A stretch of DNA of 63,698 nt from Salpingoeca rosetta (Eukaryota; Protista; Choanoflagellata). Each line of letters opens with the position of its first letter. Within the stretch, counting starts at the first letter, position 1. The notes beneath the pieces were generated by a model, which saw nothing but the letters and a program-made list of their open reading frames with translations, was not told where the DNA came from and searched no databases. The stretch lies in NCBI GenBank assembly GCA_033442325.1, contig JAWQFM010000007.1, positions 315,421 through 379,118 of the forward strand, in the 5' to 3' direction. A program made the translations under genes and the position numbers. This document shows positions 1-26,547 of the stretch, one piece after another.

Positions 1-10
1 GTGTCGTGTG

Positions 11-83
<73 letters not shown>

Positions 84-222
84 TGCGTGTGTCTGCGTGT
101 GTCTGCGTGTGTGTGTGTGTGTGTCTGTGTCTGTGTCTGTGTGCATTTCTCACCAAGTGTGCAGAAGCTACACCCTCATCCAAACCCTCCCCATGTGACA
201 TCACCCCCCCCCCCCTCGGCAG

Positions 223-2481
<2,259 letters not shown>

Positions 2482-2986
2482 TGCAGCCTCCCCCCTTCCC
2501 CCCCCCCCCCCAACCGCAACCCTTCCACCCGCGAGACATCAAGCGGGTGGATGCGAGTGCGCGAGTGAGGTGGCTTGGAAAGAGGGAGTGTGTGCGAGCA
2601 TTGCTATGTGTCTGAACCTGGCTTCCATCATCGTCATCGCCATTTTCTTGCTATTGTCGTGATCATCATCATCATCATCAGTACATGCGGTTGGTTTGTG
2701 GTCAGTTCACTGTTGGTTGGTTGGAGCAAGGAACAGAGGAGAACACAGACATGCACGTTCCACTGTGACATGAAGGGCTTGCTGCTGTTGCTTCTGAACA
2801 GAAGAGGAGGGAGAAAGCGATAACACGAACAAAGCGCATCAGGCGATCAGAGTAGGGAGTGTTGTAAAGGTATGGGGTATTGGGAAGAGGATGCATGTGA
2901 CCAGGAGCACGTGAACTGAGTTGAGTACGGCTTCCAAGCGCCGAATGTCGGCCAGCGCCCCTGTTCACGCCCGGCTTCGCGCACGC

Positions 2987-3506
2987 TTAGTTGCAGCTGG
3001 AAGGCACAACAAAGGCGTTGGGGTCTGGGATGCCGCCAACGACGTCGACAAAGGACTCCGTGAAGAACTCGCCCTGCTCGCCCTGGACGGTGGTGCGGAC
3101 GGGCACGCAGGCAACGCGGGTGAACTCGCCAGTCCAGTAGAAGCGGTGGCCCTCATGCTGGAACTCGTGGGTCCAGAGCTCAATCTCGACGCCGGCGCCC
3201 TCAATGGCGGAGGTGCCAACAATGAAGTCGCCGCGGAAGGTGGCGTTGCGGACAACACCGTGGGGGATGAAGGGAGCGGTCAGGTCGCCGGAGCGGCACT
3301 CGTCGGTGTCCAGGTTGATCTCGTAGTACTTCTTCTCGTTGAAGAGCTCGATGATGTGCAGGCGGTAGTTGCTGCCGTTCACGTGGGCGCGCTCGTAACG
3401 GGCCTTGCGCCTGAGCGGAAGGAAACAAGGCGGTGATGATGGCACGATGAGGACATGCAGCGAAAGGGCAGCGAAAGGGCAGCGAAAGGGCAGCGAAAGG
3501 CAACAG

Positions 3507-3580
<74 letters not shown>

Positions 3581-4034
3581 ACAACAACAAACAACAACAA
3601 CAAACAAGAACAACAACTGAGACAACAACTTCAACAACAACTGAAACCCAAACAAACAAACAAACAAACAAACAAACAACAGCAATCAACATACATGTTG
3701 GTCTCATCGTAGAAGTAGTCACCCTGGACCTCACCACGCTCAGAGCGGTGCTGCTCAAAGGCAAAGACCTGGCCTGTATGTGTACATGTCCATGCATGCG
3801 GGAATGGTCAGTGTGTTGGGAGCAGCAGCGTCCAAAAGTACGTTCACACCATATCGCTTGCAAACAATGGCCAAACAAAGACAACAAACAATGCACCATA
3901 AAACCACACAAGCACACTCAGTACACGCACAACGTACCGTAGAACTGCTTGGGGCTCTGGCAGCGAGCAGGGATGGTCAGCGCAGCGCTGGCGGCAACGC
4001 AGGCCGCAAGGACAGCAAGAACAAACAGCTTCAT
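2987..4034 (-). CDS. EPDR1: Ependymin-related secreted/lysosomal protein, 3 exons
   Basis: Signal peptide MKLFVLAVLAACVAASAA, then CQSPKQF, YFYDETN, ELFNEKKYYEINLDTDEC, ACVPV and C-terminal GIPDPNAFVVPSSCN*. This is the ependymin-family Cys/Pro pattern. Confidence 0.85.
3457..3500. repeat. 11-bp minisatellite (GCAGCGAAAGG) x4, followed by (CAA)n, in an EPDR intron
   Basis: Direct tandem copies are visible. Confidence 0.85.
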
Positions 4035-5742
4035 ATCCGGTGGTGTGGGATGATGCGATCGCAAAACACAAACAGCAGTCAGTGGCCAAAAGAAACACAA
4101 AACAGCGAAAATGCGGCAACACAGCAGCCGAGCGAGTTGCTTTGACAGAAGTCATGCAAGATTGCGACAGCAGAACTTTGGCGATTGTTTTCAAATACTT
4201 TTCATTTCTGGAGGCATGCAAGTGTCCTTCATTTAACCAGGATGCACAAACGGACGGAATTGCACATTTGGAACATGTCAGCCCTATTGGCATAGTAATA
4301 GGCCAAGAGCCGGCTAGGAGGACCTTCAAGGACAACGGCAGCAGCAGCAAGCGTGGCTCGTGGTCAGGTCACATCACATCACATAACCTGATGGCTCGCA
4401 AGAAGGAGCATGCTCGCTCGCTCGCGACCTGCGTGCGTCCGGTCGTGACACACCATACCAACGAGCAGTCAGTGAGCAAGCAAGAGCTGCCGCGACGGTC
4501 ACGCGCTGGATGGCCTGACGGGATTGGGTCGAGGAAGAAGTGAAGAAGGAGAAGAAGGAGGAGGAGGGAGAGGAAGAGGAAGAGGAAGAGAGGATTGTGG
4601 TGTTGGTGGTGGTGCTGCCTTAGTGCCTTGTTTGTCGTTCTTACCAACGCCTACGAGCAAGCAAGCAAGCACGCACGCACGCACATATCCAGATGTGTGC
4701 ATGCACCAACATCAGCAACAAGGCAACACCACGCCAGCATCAGCAACAACACGCCAGCAACACAAGTCACAGACATGCGACGAGCAAGCTGTCGACTTCC
4801 GTCCCCACCCCTGACGACTGAAGCATTGGAATGGTCGAGGTTGTGTGGTGAGCACAGCGAGCAAGATGACAGGAGGACATGGCACGCCAGCAACAAACAA
4901 GCAAAAACGTAACAACAACAAACAAACAACAGCAACTAACAAACAACAAACAAAACAACAGCAAGCAACAACCAACGACGATCACAACCACCACAACAAA
5001 CAGCCACCAGCAACGCAAGAGCGCACGAGCTCGTATTGCACGCAGCATGCATGTTGGACGTGAGGATCCCACCAAATATCATCGCCGCAGCAGCAGAGCA
5101 CCCGACCCTGACCGCGCCCGCCACTTGCAGCCATTCCAAAGGCCTTCACTGTTGTGTGAGCAATGCGAGCAACAGCAAGACGAGCAAGCAATCCGCCTCG
5201 CTCCGTGTCGACGGGTTTGCCTTCGTCAGCCAACACATCTGTGCTGGTTGCCGTTGTGCACCCTGACGCGATGAACGGACAACCACAACGAGCACATTCC
5301 CCGCCGCTCCCTTTGATGTGACAACACACACCAACGCTCTCCCACAAACACCAGCTCTCCCTCCACACGAGATAGCCACACAGACAGACAGACAGCCAAA
5401 AGCAGCAGCTGTAGCAGCGAGAAGCAGCAGTGCAAGGAGCAGCACAGGAAGGACGAGGAAGCGGTGTGCATCACTCCACACACCCAAGTGAAGCATCAGC
5501 ATCAGCAGCAAAGGAAGCGAAGAAGCACAAGCACAACCAAGAAGGAACAGCCACTTCTGCATACACACACGCACACACACATACACACACACAGCGCCCT
5601 CTTTGTTTCGACAGCAGCAGCAGCAGCAGCAGCAGTAGACCANNNNNNNNNNNNNNNNNNNNNNNNNNNNNNNNNNNNNNNNNNNNNNNNNNNNNNNNNN
5701 NNNNNNNNNNNNNNNNNNNNNNNNNNNNNNNNNNNNNNNNNN

Positions 5743-5821
<79 letters not shown>

Positions 5822-7098
5822 CGACCACCACCACCACCACTTCTACGACCACGACGACGACGACAACAACAACAACAGGCTTTTCCTTGTCGCCTGCTTT
5901 GAGCTCTGTCGGCGCTGATCAGTCATCCCCCTTGACGTCCACCGCGTCTTCATCCACATCAGAGGTGGTGATCACCGACACGGCTGGCGGGCTCCTTGTG
6001 GAACTGATGCTGCCACTGACTGCTGCTGTCGCCGGCCTTGTAATTATTCTCGCTGTTTTCGTTGCCGTCCTGTCGTTCCGCAAAGGCCGCGTATCGCCTT
6101 TTGCCCGAGACCACCAGCTGCCAATCTAGACTGTTTCGCCTTGCTGCTTGTCCCTCTCCCTTTCCGCCATCTGTCCCACAACAGCCACAAGCACTGCGAC
6201 CACAACAGCAACGACAACAGCTACCACTACGGCGACCACCACTGCTACCACAACAGCCACAACCACAACCTGCACATCCACGTGCGTGGACAGGCCCAAG
6301 CCATGCTCGCAGCTGTATAGCCCGCAGGAGTGTCAGGCGGAGGCTGCATGCGAATGGGATTACACCAGCACCTGCGTCGAGGTGGACATGGGCTGTAGCA
6401 ACAGACCGGTGCGTGCATGGGCAAGTGTGTGTGTATGTTGGTGTGTGTGCGTGTGCGTGTACGTGTGTGCGTGTGTAAACAGCCGTCAGTCGTCCTGCGA
6501 GATACGCAGGCCTTGAATTGCTGCTGCTCACACCATCTTAACCCACCTTTCTTCTGCCATCACGTCTAGGTTGACTCATGTGTGTATTATGAACACTGCA
6601 TGGTGGTTGAGGACTGCCCCACAACGACAACCACCACCACCACCACCATGACGACGACCACCACGACCACCACCACGACCACCACGACGACGGCGGCGTG
6701 CGAGGCAGCTGGCAGGTGTGAGCCCACCTATCCCGTGTCGTGCGACTACGCGTATCAGGCGCAGTGTGAGGCACACGACGGCTGTGTTTGGGACTACACT
6801 GGCTTCTGCCGCCCTGAACCCCACCACTGCTCCTACATCACGGTACATGCGGGTCCAAGTGTGTGCAATGTGTGCGAGAGTGCGAGAGTTGGGTGTGTTG
6901 TGTGCTATGTGCGTATGAATGTATGTATGAAGTGAACGTGTGTATGCATCACTACACTTTGGCATGCTGCTGCCTTTCAACATGTTCCTTTTCACACATA
7001 CTCGCACACACACTCTCACTTACTCATCCACCCACCCACTCGCACACACACACACACACTCTCTCTCTCTCTCTCCCACACTCTCTCGCCCAAACACA

Positions 7099-7129
<31 letters not shown>

Positions 7130-7722
7130 TTACTCATCCACACACACACACACACATACAGGACGAGGCAGCGTGCGCGTACAACTCGGAATGCACGTGG
7201 ACGGAGGAGTGTGCAGGCTCTACAACTGCGTACACGCCAAGCAGCCCGTCATCGCCAACACCGCCACGCCCTTACACACGATCAACGACAACAAGCAAGA
7301 CGCCACCGCCAACGCCCGCATACACGACAACTCATCGGCCGCCAACCACGACAACCACGCGCCCATACAGGCCCCCAACGACGACGACAAACGCTTATGC
7401 TACCAAGCCTCGGTACCCGTCCCCGCCACGCACCACGGTTGACCACGGCGACTTCTTCGGCAAGCCCGTCACCACGCCGCGCACGCGGACGACAACAACA
7501 ATGCTGGCAAGCACCACCACGTCGGGGGATGGGCGTGGTGGTGGCCAGGGCGGCCCCTCTGCTTCGTCGTCGAGCAGTGCTCTCTCCGGCGGCGCAGTTG
7601 CCGGCATCGTCGTTGGCGTCCTGGTCGTCGTTGTCGCTGCTGTGGTCGCGCTTGTTGTCGTTCGCAAGACAAAGGCGCGTCAGCAATCCAGTAGTGGCAG
7701 TGATGGTGTGCAAACTGTTTGA
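5743..7722 (+). CDS. Mucin-like type I membrane protein with Thr-rich stalks and PSI-like Cys repeats; 5' end unresolved (gap 5643-5742)
   Basis: Exons at about 6185-6408, 6570-6842 and 7162-7722 encode poly-Thr tracts, repeats such as CQAEAACEWDYTSTC, CEAHDGCVWDYTGFC and CAYNSECTWTEEC, then TM SGGAVAGIVVGVLVVVVAAVVALVVV followed by RKTK. An upstream Thr-rich segment at 5743-6129 has its own TM. Confidence 0.7.
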
Positions 7723-7992
7723 GCACGATGATGTGGTACTGTGACAGTATGATGCGATGTGATCTCGGAGTCAACGCTTCTTCCGTCATGTTTGATAGGT
7801 TTATTCGTTTTCAGCCACGAGTACACAAACGAAAAGTAAACAAACGAAATGAAAATGATACACAGCGAATGCGCGTTGTTCACACACACACGCACACACA
7901 CACACACACACACAACAACAACCACGTCATCGCGGAGAATTATCGCAAGATTTCGTCACTCTTCGCCACTCCTGCTTGAGTGCGCAACAACG

Positions 7993-8459
7993 ATGATGAC
8001 GATGCTGAAGAGGCACCCACAACCCACAGCGTTGTTTGTGTTTGTGTTGGCAGTGGTGGCCGTGGGACCTGATGGATGGAGCCACTGTTGTGCCTCCCCA
8101 CCCATGCCGGAAACACAGGGTGGCGCACAAGCACCAGCACCAACTGCTTCCTCTGAGTACTGTGCTCAGGCGTGGGAAGCACTCGCACAGCGCGCGCAAC
8201 ACCACCAACACCAACACCAAGAAGACAACACCGAGAGCCTGCGTGCCCATGTTGCTGCCACGACCTCTCCGAGTTCGCCGTCCATGCTGGCAGCTCCGGT
8301 GATTGATGAGCTTGCTTTTGGTGCCTCTGATGATCCACTGCGCGTGGCTGTTTGGACCCTCTGTGGCCCTCCCCAGCCCCCGATCCAAATGCCACAGGAA
8401 CAACAACAACCACAACAACAACAACAACAACAACGACGAGTACAACAACAACAACGAGT

Positions 8460-8499
<40 letters not shown>

Positions 8500-11400
8500 C
8501 GAGTGCGCAGAGAAGATCCAGTGTCGTCTTCGACGACGCTTGCAACCACTGCCACAGCAACTGCCACAACAACCGGTGCGTATGAGCCAGTGCCCACGCC
8601 ACCTCCAGGCGGTGGTCCCCCGTTGTGCATGCTGACGGCGTTGCTCCAAGGCAATTGCACACCACCACTCGGTGCAAACACGCTCAGGATCCAGTTTGAC
8701 GCAAGCCCAGTAAACCCCGAGCCAATTGTCTCCAATCCTGCAACCGCATCAACGCAGAACCTGCGCCAGCTTGCGACCCACATGCGCCCAACAACGCTGC
8801 AGATGCAAGGCACCATCCTCCCTTCCGACTTGACCTGGGTCCTGGAGGGCGCAGCGTGGGAAGACGCCCACACCATCACCATCGCCGGCATTGTTGGCAA
8901 CACGTTTCAGCTGGCCTGGCTCAACCCGCTCCCGGCTCTGCTGCACGCGAACATCACAGGCAACACCATCAGCCAGTTCTCTGCTCACCCATTTGCACGC
9001 TCAGCCCAGCTGGAAACGCTGGATATCAGCCGCAACCACATTGCATCACTCGACCGGTCCGGCGTCAACAACCTGAGGGCGCTGCGCGTCTTGAACGTGG
9101 GCCAGAACGACCTCACCTCCCTCTCCCAGCATGCCCTGATGTCCTTGACAAATCTGGAGTGGCTCGATCTTGCCAGCAACCAGCTGGCCAGCATCCAACA
9201 GGGCGCTTTCGCGTTCATGTCCGCCCTCACGTTCCTCACCCTGGCCAACAACCAACTCCCGTCCCTGCCTTCCTCCGTCTTCCAGCCCCTGGTCAACTTG
9301 AATGTGCTCTTCCTCGACAGCAACCCCATAACGCAGCTAGACGCCAACACATTTGCTAGCCAGCGCTCCGTGACGTACCTCAGCATCGTTGGCACACGCA
9401 TCACCTCCCTCCCGCCGAGCGTGTTTGCGTCCACCACCTCCCTCCAAGTCCTCCGCCTTACACGCAACCAGCTTAAGCACGTGCACAAGGACACCTTCGC
9501 CGCACTCACCCGCCTGCTACGTCTGGATCTCACGGGGAATCAGCTGGAAATCATTGAGCCCATGACCTTTCGCGCGCTCTCGCAGCTTGAGGAGCTGTAT
9601 CTGAGCCGCAACAGCATCGAGTCGCTGCCGTCTGGTCTCTTCGACCACCAGTCCAGCCTTGCCCTCCTTGGCCTGCAACAGAACAGGCTGCGCTCCTTGG
9701 CACGCGGCCTGTTCCACGGCTGCCCAAACCTGAAGCACCTCACCCTCAACGGCAACCTGCTGCAGAAGCTTGACAACGACGTTCTCGCCGACACGCCAAA
9801 CCTGCACCGGCTCTTTGTTGCCGACAACTACCTCACCTCCTTCGAGGCTGCGTCGCTCCCCGCGCTCACCCTGCTCGATCTCACCAGCAACCGCCTGCGC
9901 AAGGTGCCGCCGCTGCAGGGGCTGCCTGCCCTGCGCACGCTGCGGCTCAACAACCACTACATCGCCGATGCTGACTTCACACAGGGGCTCCTCATCCCGT
10001 CGCTTCAGGTGTTTGAATTTGCCGCAGCGCCAGACATGCCCACGCCCGTTGCGCGTGTCAACTTCATTGCCTTCCGTGGGTGGAACGCGTCGCACCTCAC
10101 CTCGCTCGATCTGCGCAACATTGCGCTCCCGCGCGAGTTCCAGCACCTGACGCAGGGCCGCGGTCTGCGCCTGCGCAACCTGCACATGGGCTGGCGGCAC
10201 ATGAGCGAGGCCACAGCGCCCTTGCAGTTTGTGTGCAACGTCCTCCACTCGGACGTGCAGGAGTTCTCGCTCACCAACACGGGGTACCGCCACATCAGCC
10301 TGTGCCCGGATAAGCAGTTCCGTGCGCTCTATTTCCAGGACAACCGCCAGCTTGAGTCTGTGCATGTGCACGTGCCCTTAGCCCAGCTCAACGTGACCGG
10401 GTGCACCCGCCTCTCTGAGCTGCGTCTGCCCTCTGCTGAGATCCTCGACATTTCGCACACGAAGCTTCCGCCCAACCCCGCCCTGTGCACTTCCCGCGGT
10501 AGCCGCATGCTCTTTGCGCGCGACCTGCTCAGCGACGAGTTTGGGTCGCCCGGCACAACGCGCGAGCTGCTGCGCCGCTGTCTTGCTAGCGTGGACGTGC
10601 TCGACCTCTCTGGCAACGGCTGGCTGGACCAGCCCGCCGTCGTTGCGGACGTTGTGTCCACCCCGACGCTGCTCACCGTTGACCTCTTCCGCGCTGAAGA
10701 CTTTACGCAACTCCTGCCCACGCGCACCACCGCCCCCATCTTCACGCTCGAGCGCACTCCCCTGTCATGTGCCCTCGCCCTCAGCAACACGCAGGCCCGC
10801 CCCACCACCAATCTCGATGCCGTCGTCACGCAGATTGCGTATTCGTTTGCGTGCGGCTGCGGCCGCGGGCACCGCCTGGGCCGTGGTGGCCGCTGCGTTC
10901 CTGACCGTCTCACCTCGGGCGAGCTCGCAGCCATTGTGGTGTCGTCGCTGCTGCTTGGAGCTCTTCTCACGTGGGGCCTTCGCTGGCTTCGTGCGCGGTA
11001 CCAGCGGAGTCGCGCATACCGCCTGCTGCTGGAGGAGGAGAACCAGCTCAACAAACTGCTGCTGGACGAGCACAAAGAGCAGGTGGCAGCCCTCAAGAGC
11101 GGGTGGCGCATCGAGTTCTCGGAGTTGCGTTTCCACCACCGCATCGACACTGCGTCGCCGGGCGTCTTTGGCGCCGTGTGGGAGGCGGAGTGGGACTCGG
11201 TTGTTGTTGCTGTCAAGTGCCTCAAGCACAGCATGATGATGCTTGACCAGACGACGGTGCAGGAGTTTGAACATGAGGTGAGCAGGGCGTGCTGAAGGAC
11301 AGGTACTGCCTGCGTACTCACTTCCCTTCACACACGGACACATGCACACACATGCACACACACGGACACATGCACACACACGGACACACTCACTCACTCA

Positions 11401-12613
11401 CTCACTCACTCACTCACTCACTCACTCACTTACTCACTCACACACGCTCACACACACACACTCACTCACTCACACACTCACTCACTCACTCACTCACTCA
11501 CTCACTCACTCACTCACTCACTCACTCTCACACACTCACTCACTCACTCACTCACTCACCCACTCACTCACACCCCCATCCCCCAGGTTGAGTTCCTGCA
11601 GACCACGCGGCACCCCAACGTCGTTCGCTTCTTTGGTGCCGGCACCGACACACACGGCGCGCCCTTCCTTGTGCTGGAGCTTGTTGCTCTCGGATCGCTT
11701 GGCACGCTGCTGCGCAAGGACCTTGCCTCCGTGCTCGATCACCATCGCCTGTTGCTGGAAGAAGAATCGCGTAGGAGGCGGCGGCGCCAGCGTGGCCACG
11801 ATGCCGATGCCAGCGGCATTGGTGTTGGTGGTGGTGGTGGTGCGAACAACGGCACGCAAGACGCGCTTGTCAAGTTTGACGGCATTGCTGAGGCGAGCGC
11901 TGACGGTGCGGCGGTCGTCAGCGACGAGGATGAGGCTGGCTCTGTCGCTTACAGCTCTGTGTGGGACCTCAAGGCGAATCTCATGCGTGATGTGGCCCAT
12001 GGCATGGCATATCTCCACTCCCGAGGCATCGCACATAGGTGGGTTGTAATTGGGAGGACACAACAGAAGGGTTCACTCATACCCCGTGATGGTTCGGGTG
12101 TGCGCCACTTGTTGCTTGCTCTCACAAGCACGAACACTCATGTTCACAACCACAACCACAACCGCACACACACACACACACACATTTTCTCACTGACAAA
12201 CATGCACACGTAAACACACAACGCAACACCGCGCACTTTCTCAGGGATCTGAAGGGCGGTAACGTGCTTGTGTCGTCGCGGCTGAGGGCGAAGATCACGG
12301 ACTTTGGATGCATCCGCCAGTGCTTCACAAAGTCCACGGCGACAAGTGGCACTGCGCCACAAGAGGAAGCCCTGCCGCCTCAAGCCGGCACACCCGCATA
12401 CATGGCACCGGAGGCCCTTGCCAGTGAGCGCGGTGTGCACTACGATGAGATGCATGCTGATGTGTTCAGCTTTGGCGTGCTGCTGTGGGAGACGGCGATG
12501 CAACAGGAGCCGGATCTCCTCAAGCAAGAACTCGGTGGCTTTGACGGCCCGCCGTCTCGCCTGCTGCTGCAGCTCCACTCCCTTCTCAAGGACGGCAAGC
12601 GCCTTCGCTTCAC

Positions 12614-12691
<78 letters not shown>

Positions 12692-12938
12692 GGTTGTGTT
12701 CATGTAGGTGCGTGCGTGTGTTTGAGGAATTTGTGTGACGACGTAGTCACTTCTTTCCAAAGCTCACAGACGCACACGTGCACATCATCACCCATCCATC
12801 ACTGTAGAGAGTTTGTGCCCGGCGTGGTATGTGGAGCTGTCGGGTATGTGCACGGCATTTGAGCCGAGCGATCGCCCCTCCTTCGAACGTGCTCTCGCCA
12901 TCTTCAGCGAGCACCTCGCACCTCCAGTCATCGGTTGA
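7993..12938 (+). CDS. Leucine-rich-repeat receptor kinase (TKL-like), 4 exons
   Basis: Signal peptide, poly-Q, many 24-aa LxxLxLxxNxLxxL repeats, Cys-rich juxtamembrane segment, TM LAAIVVSSLLLGALLTWGL, and kinase motifs VAVK, HRDLKGGN (across an intron), DFG, GTPAYMAPE, DVFSFG, RPSF. Exons about 7993-11277, 11587-12038, 12245-12615, 12808-12938. Confidence 0.92.
11386..11570. repeat. (CACT)n intronic microsatellite
   Basis: Tandem CACT tract in intron 1 of the kinase gene. Confidence 0.9.
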
Positions 12939-13032
12939 TGTGTATGATGCGTTGTGTCCGTATGTGTGTGTGTGTGTGTATGTGCGCGTCGAATGTGTGT
13001 CTTGTCTGCGAGTACCTATGAATGTATGCATG

Positions 13033-13100
<68 letters not shown>

Positions 13101-13409
13101 GAGGCGAGATTTGTCAACTCCTGCACAGCATATGGTTCTGACAGAATACATCAAGTTTTGAATCGACATTCGAGAACCAATGCTGTTACTATCAATGTGA
13201 CGTCCGTCACATGTATCATACATTGTCGGACACACCCAACGATGAACCACATCAACCATGAACTTTAAGCATTGAAAGCTTGATTTTCGGGGTGTATCCC
13301 TCCCCGTCACACACACACACACACATACGCACATGCATACACTTTCACACACTGACACACTCACTGACTCACGCACACGCGCACACATGCGCGCACGTAC
13401 ACACGGTGA

Positions 13410-24096
<10,687 letters not shown>

Positions 24097-24498
24097 GCTC
24101 CCGTGTGCTTGAGTGCGAAAGAGAGGGCAGAAGAGAGAGAGTGTGTGTGTGTGTGTGTGCGTGTGTTGATTCTTGGTACTGGAGGACGAAGGAAGGTCAA
24201 GGTGGAGAAGTACGTCTGTCTGTCTGTCTGTGTGTGTGCGTAAAGTGAGGCCTTTGCTCAGCGTAAGAGCGTACGAGTGAAAAATGATAAGACACGCTGT
24301 GGCAACCCAGAAAGTATACTGCGTGTTGTGTGTGCCGTGGTATGAAATAGGCCGAGACAATCCCGCCTGCTGCTGACGTCACCACCAGGCCAACGCTAAG
24401 AACGCTAGCTAGGCAAGGTGACTGAAAGGGGGTCTATGAACATTGATGTGCATCTTCAATAAATTTTCGACAGTCAGCAAGAACAAGACAAACAGCGG

Positions 24499-25767
24499 AT
24501 GATGGAGCAAGACGAGCACCACCACAGCCACGATGTGGACCAGTGGATAGCGATGGGAATGGAGTTTGAGCAGCTGCCGCCAGACGTTCGCAGGGTGAGT
24601 TCTGGTCATTTGGAGCTGTGAATGACGTCGCGCGTTGTGTTGTGCGTGTTGTTCTCGGTCCTGTTCATTGATCGTGAACGAACTGCATACAGCGGCATAT
24701 CACACCTTGCTTGGCTTGCTTGGCTTGCTTGGCTTGTGCCTTCAACTTGTTGATTGGCTTGTGTATTCGACTCGACGATTGGAACGACGCTTGCAGCGAT
24801 TCGGCACAAAGACCGAGTGGAAGAAAGCCGCATTGGAATACGCATTGTCTCACCAGCTTCGGTTCAAGCGATCCCTGGGTGAGGCAATTTGCCCCGCGCG
24901 CGCTGCGGAACGCACCTGTATGTTTGTGGCTGCAGCTTTCCGTTTTTGTTTGAACAACGCCAACTCAACGATGATGGTTTCGCGCTGCTGGTGTGGGTGA
25001 CCGTTGTATATTGTGTGATTAGTGTCCAAGATCCTCTCGGATGACATGGGCTACTACCAGCGACTTCTCCAGTACAGCAAGGAACACTTTATGGTGTGCT
25101 GACACACGTTTGTGTTTGTTTGTTTGCGTGTGTGCGTGTGTGCGCGCGCGCGTGCGTGCGTTTGTGCATGTGCACGCGTGCGTGTGTTCTTTTGCATGCG
25201 TGGTTTGCTGCTGGTGATTTCGGCTAGTCCTCTCATCCACATCCACGTGTGCCCGCTTGTTCGTTTGGTTGGTGTTGTTTGGCCAACTCCTTCACTGTTT
25301 CTGCACCCGGTCGTTATTGTCAGCTGTACCCGTATCACCTGGCGGACGTGATGGTGCTCAAGTGCAAGACAACGGCGTTCCAGTATTACTTTGACATCTT
25401 CTCTCATATGCTGGAATCAGACCGAAGCTACGACGCGCTTCCCAACTTCACCGCCTCAGATGGTTGGAAAGGAGTGGTTATCATGCGCGCGCGTGCGTGT
25501 GTGTGTGCGTGTGTGTGCGTGTACTTTTGTGTGTACGTGTGTTTGTATGTGCTGGTGTGTGTGTATTGTGTTGGAGCGTGTGTGGGGGGGGGGGGGGTGT
25601 GCGTGCGACAACCGCCAACCCGATGCAGCAGCGGTTCGTTCTCACGCGCGTTTGCTGCGTCGCCTTCCTCTCAGGGCTGCAGATCCTCGGCATCGGCCGC
25701 AACGAATACATCGACCTCATGACAAAAGTCAAGTCCGGCAAGGTGAGCACCCCTTTGTATGTATGTA

Positions 25768-25831
<64 letters not shown>

Positions 25832-26164
25832 NNNNNNNNNNNNNNNNNNNNNNNNNNNNNNNNNNNNNNNNNNNNNNNNNNNNNNNNNNNNNNNNNNNNN
25901 NNNNNNNNNNNNNNNNNNNNNNNNNNNNNNNTCTCCCCCAAAAAAAAAAAGACGCTTGTCCCGGGGGGGGTTGTTATATTCTCACAACATGTTTTTTTTT
26001 CCACCACTTACGCTCCCCCATATTCACAACAAAGAGGGGGTTTTTTGCAAGGGCTTATATCCCAAAAAACTGTTTTTACAAAAAAACTTCAGGGGGCGCG
26101 TGCATATGTGTGTGTGTGTGTTCTGTGTGTGTGTGTGTTTGAGTGTATTGTGCGCGGTGTGGGT

Positions 26165-26218
<54 letters not shown>

Positions 26219-26505
26219 GTGTGTGCGTGCGTGTGTGCGCGCATGTGCACTCGTTTTTTATTCCATTCGGTGGCCCCTCCTTTCCTTCGTTTTGGTGCTT
26301 GAGCACCTGCAATGGCATGTAATCAAGTCATTTTTGCCAGCTCAGCCAACGCGCTCCCACCCGCTTATCATGCTGTTACACACTCTTCAATTTGCCGCTG
26401 TGCCCCCCCCCCTCCACCGTGTCAGCTCCCGCCAGAGAAGATGGAGTACTGGTGGCGCGTCGGTGTTGGCCACGTCCTCGAGGCCGCAGTGCGGGTGTGT
26501 GATGC

Positions 26506-26547
<42 letters not shown>

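Noticed and set aside
4982-5480. Possible small minus-strand gene with a hydrophobic leader
   Set aside because: No recognisable domain or consistent exon chain; left uncalled.
7708-7722. Mucin C-terminus VQTV as a PDZ ligand
   Set aside because: Position -2 is Gln, not Ser/Thr.
25932-26095. AT- and homopolymer-rich island
   Set aside because: It lies beside a gap and looks like a degraded read of a FAM91A1 exon ([12 protein letters not shown]), not foreign DNA.
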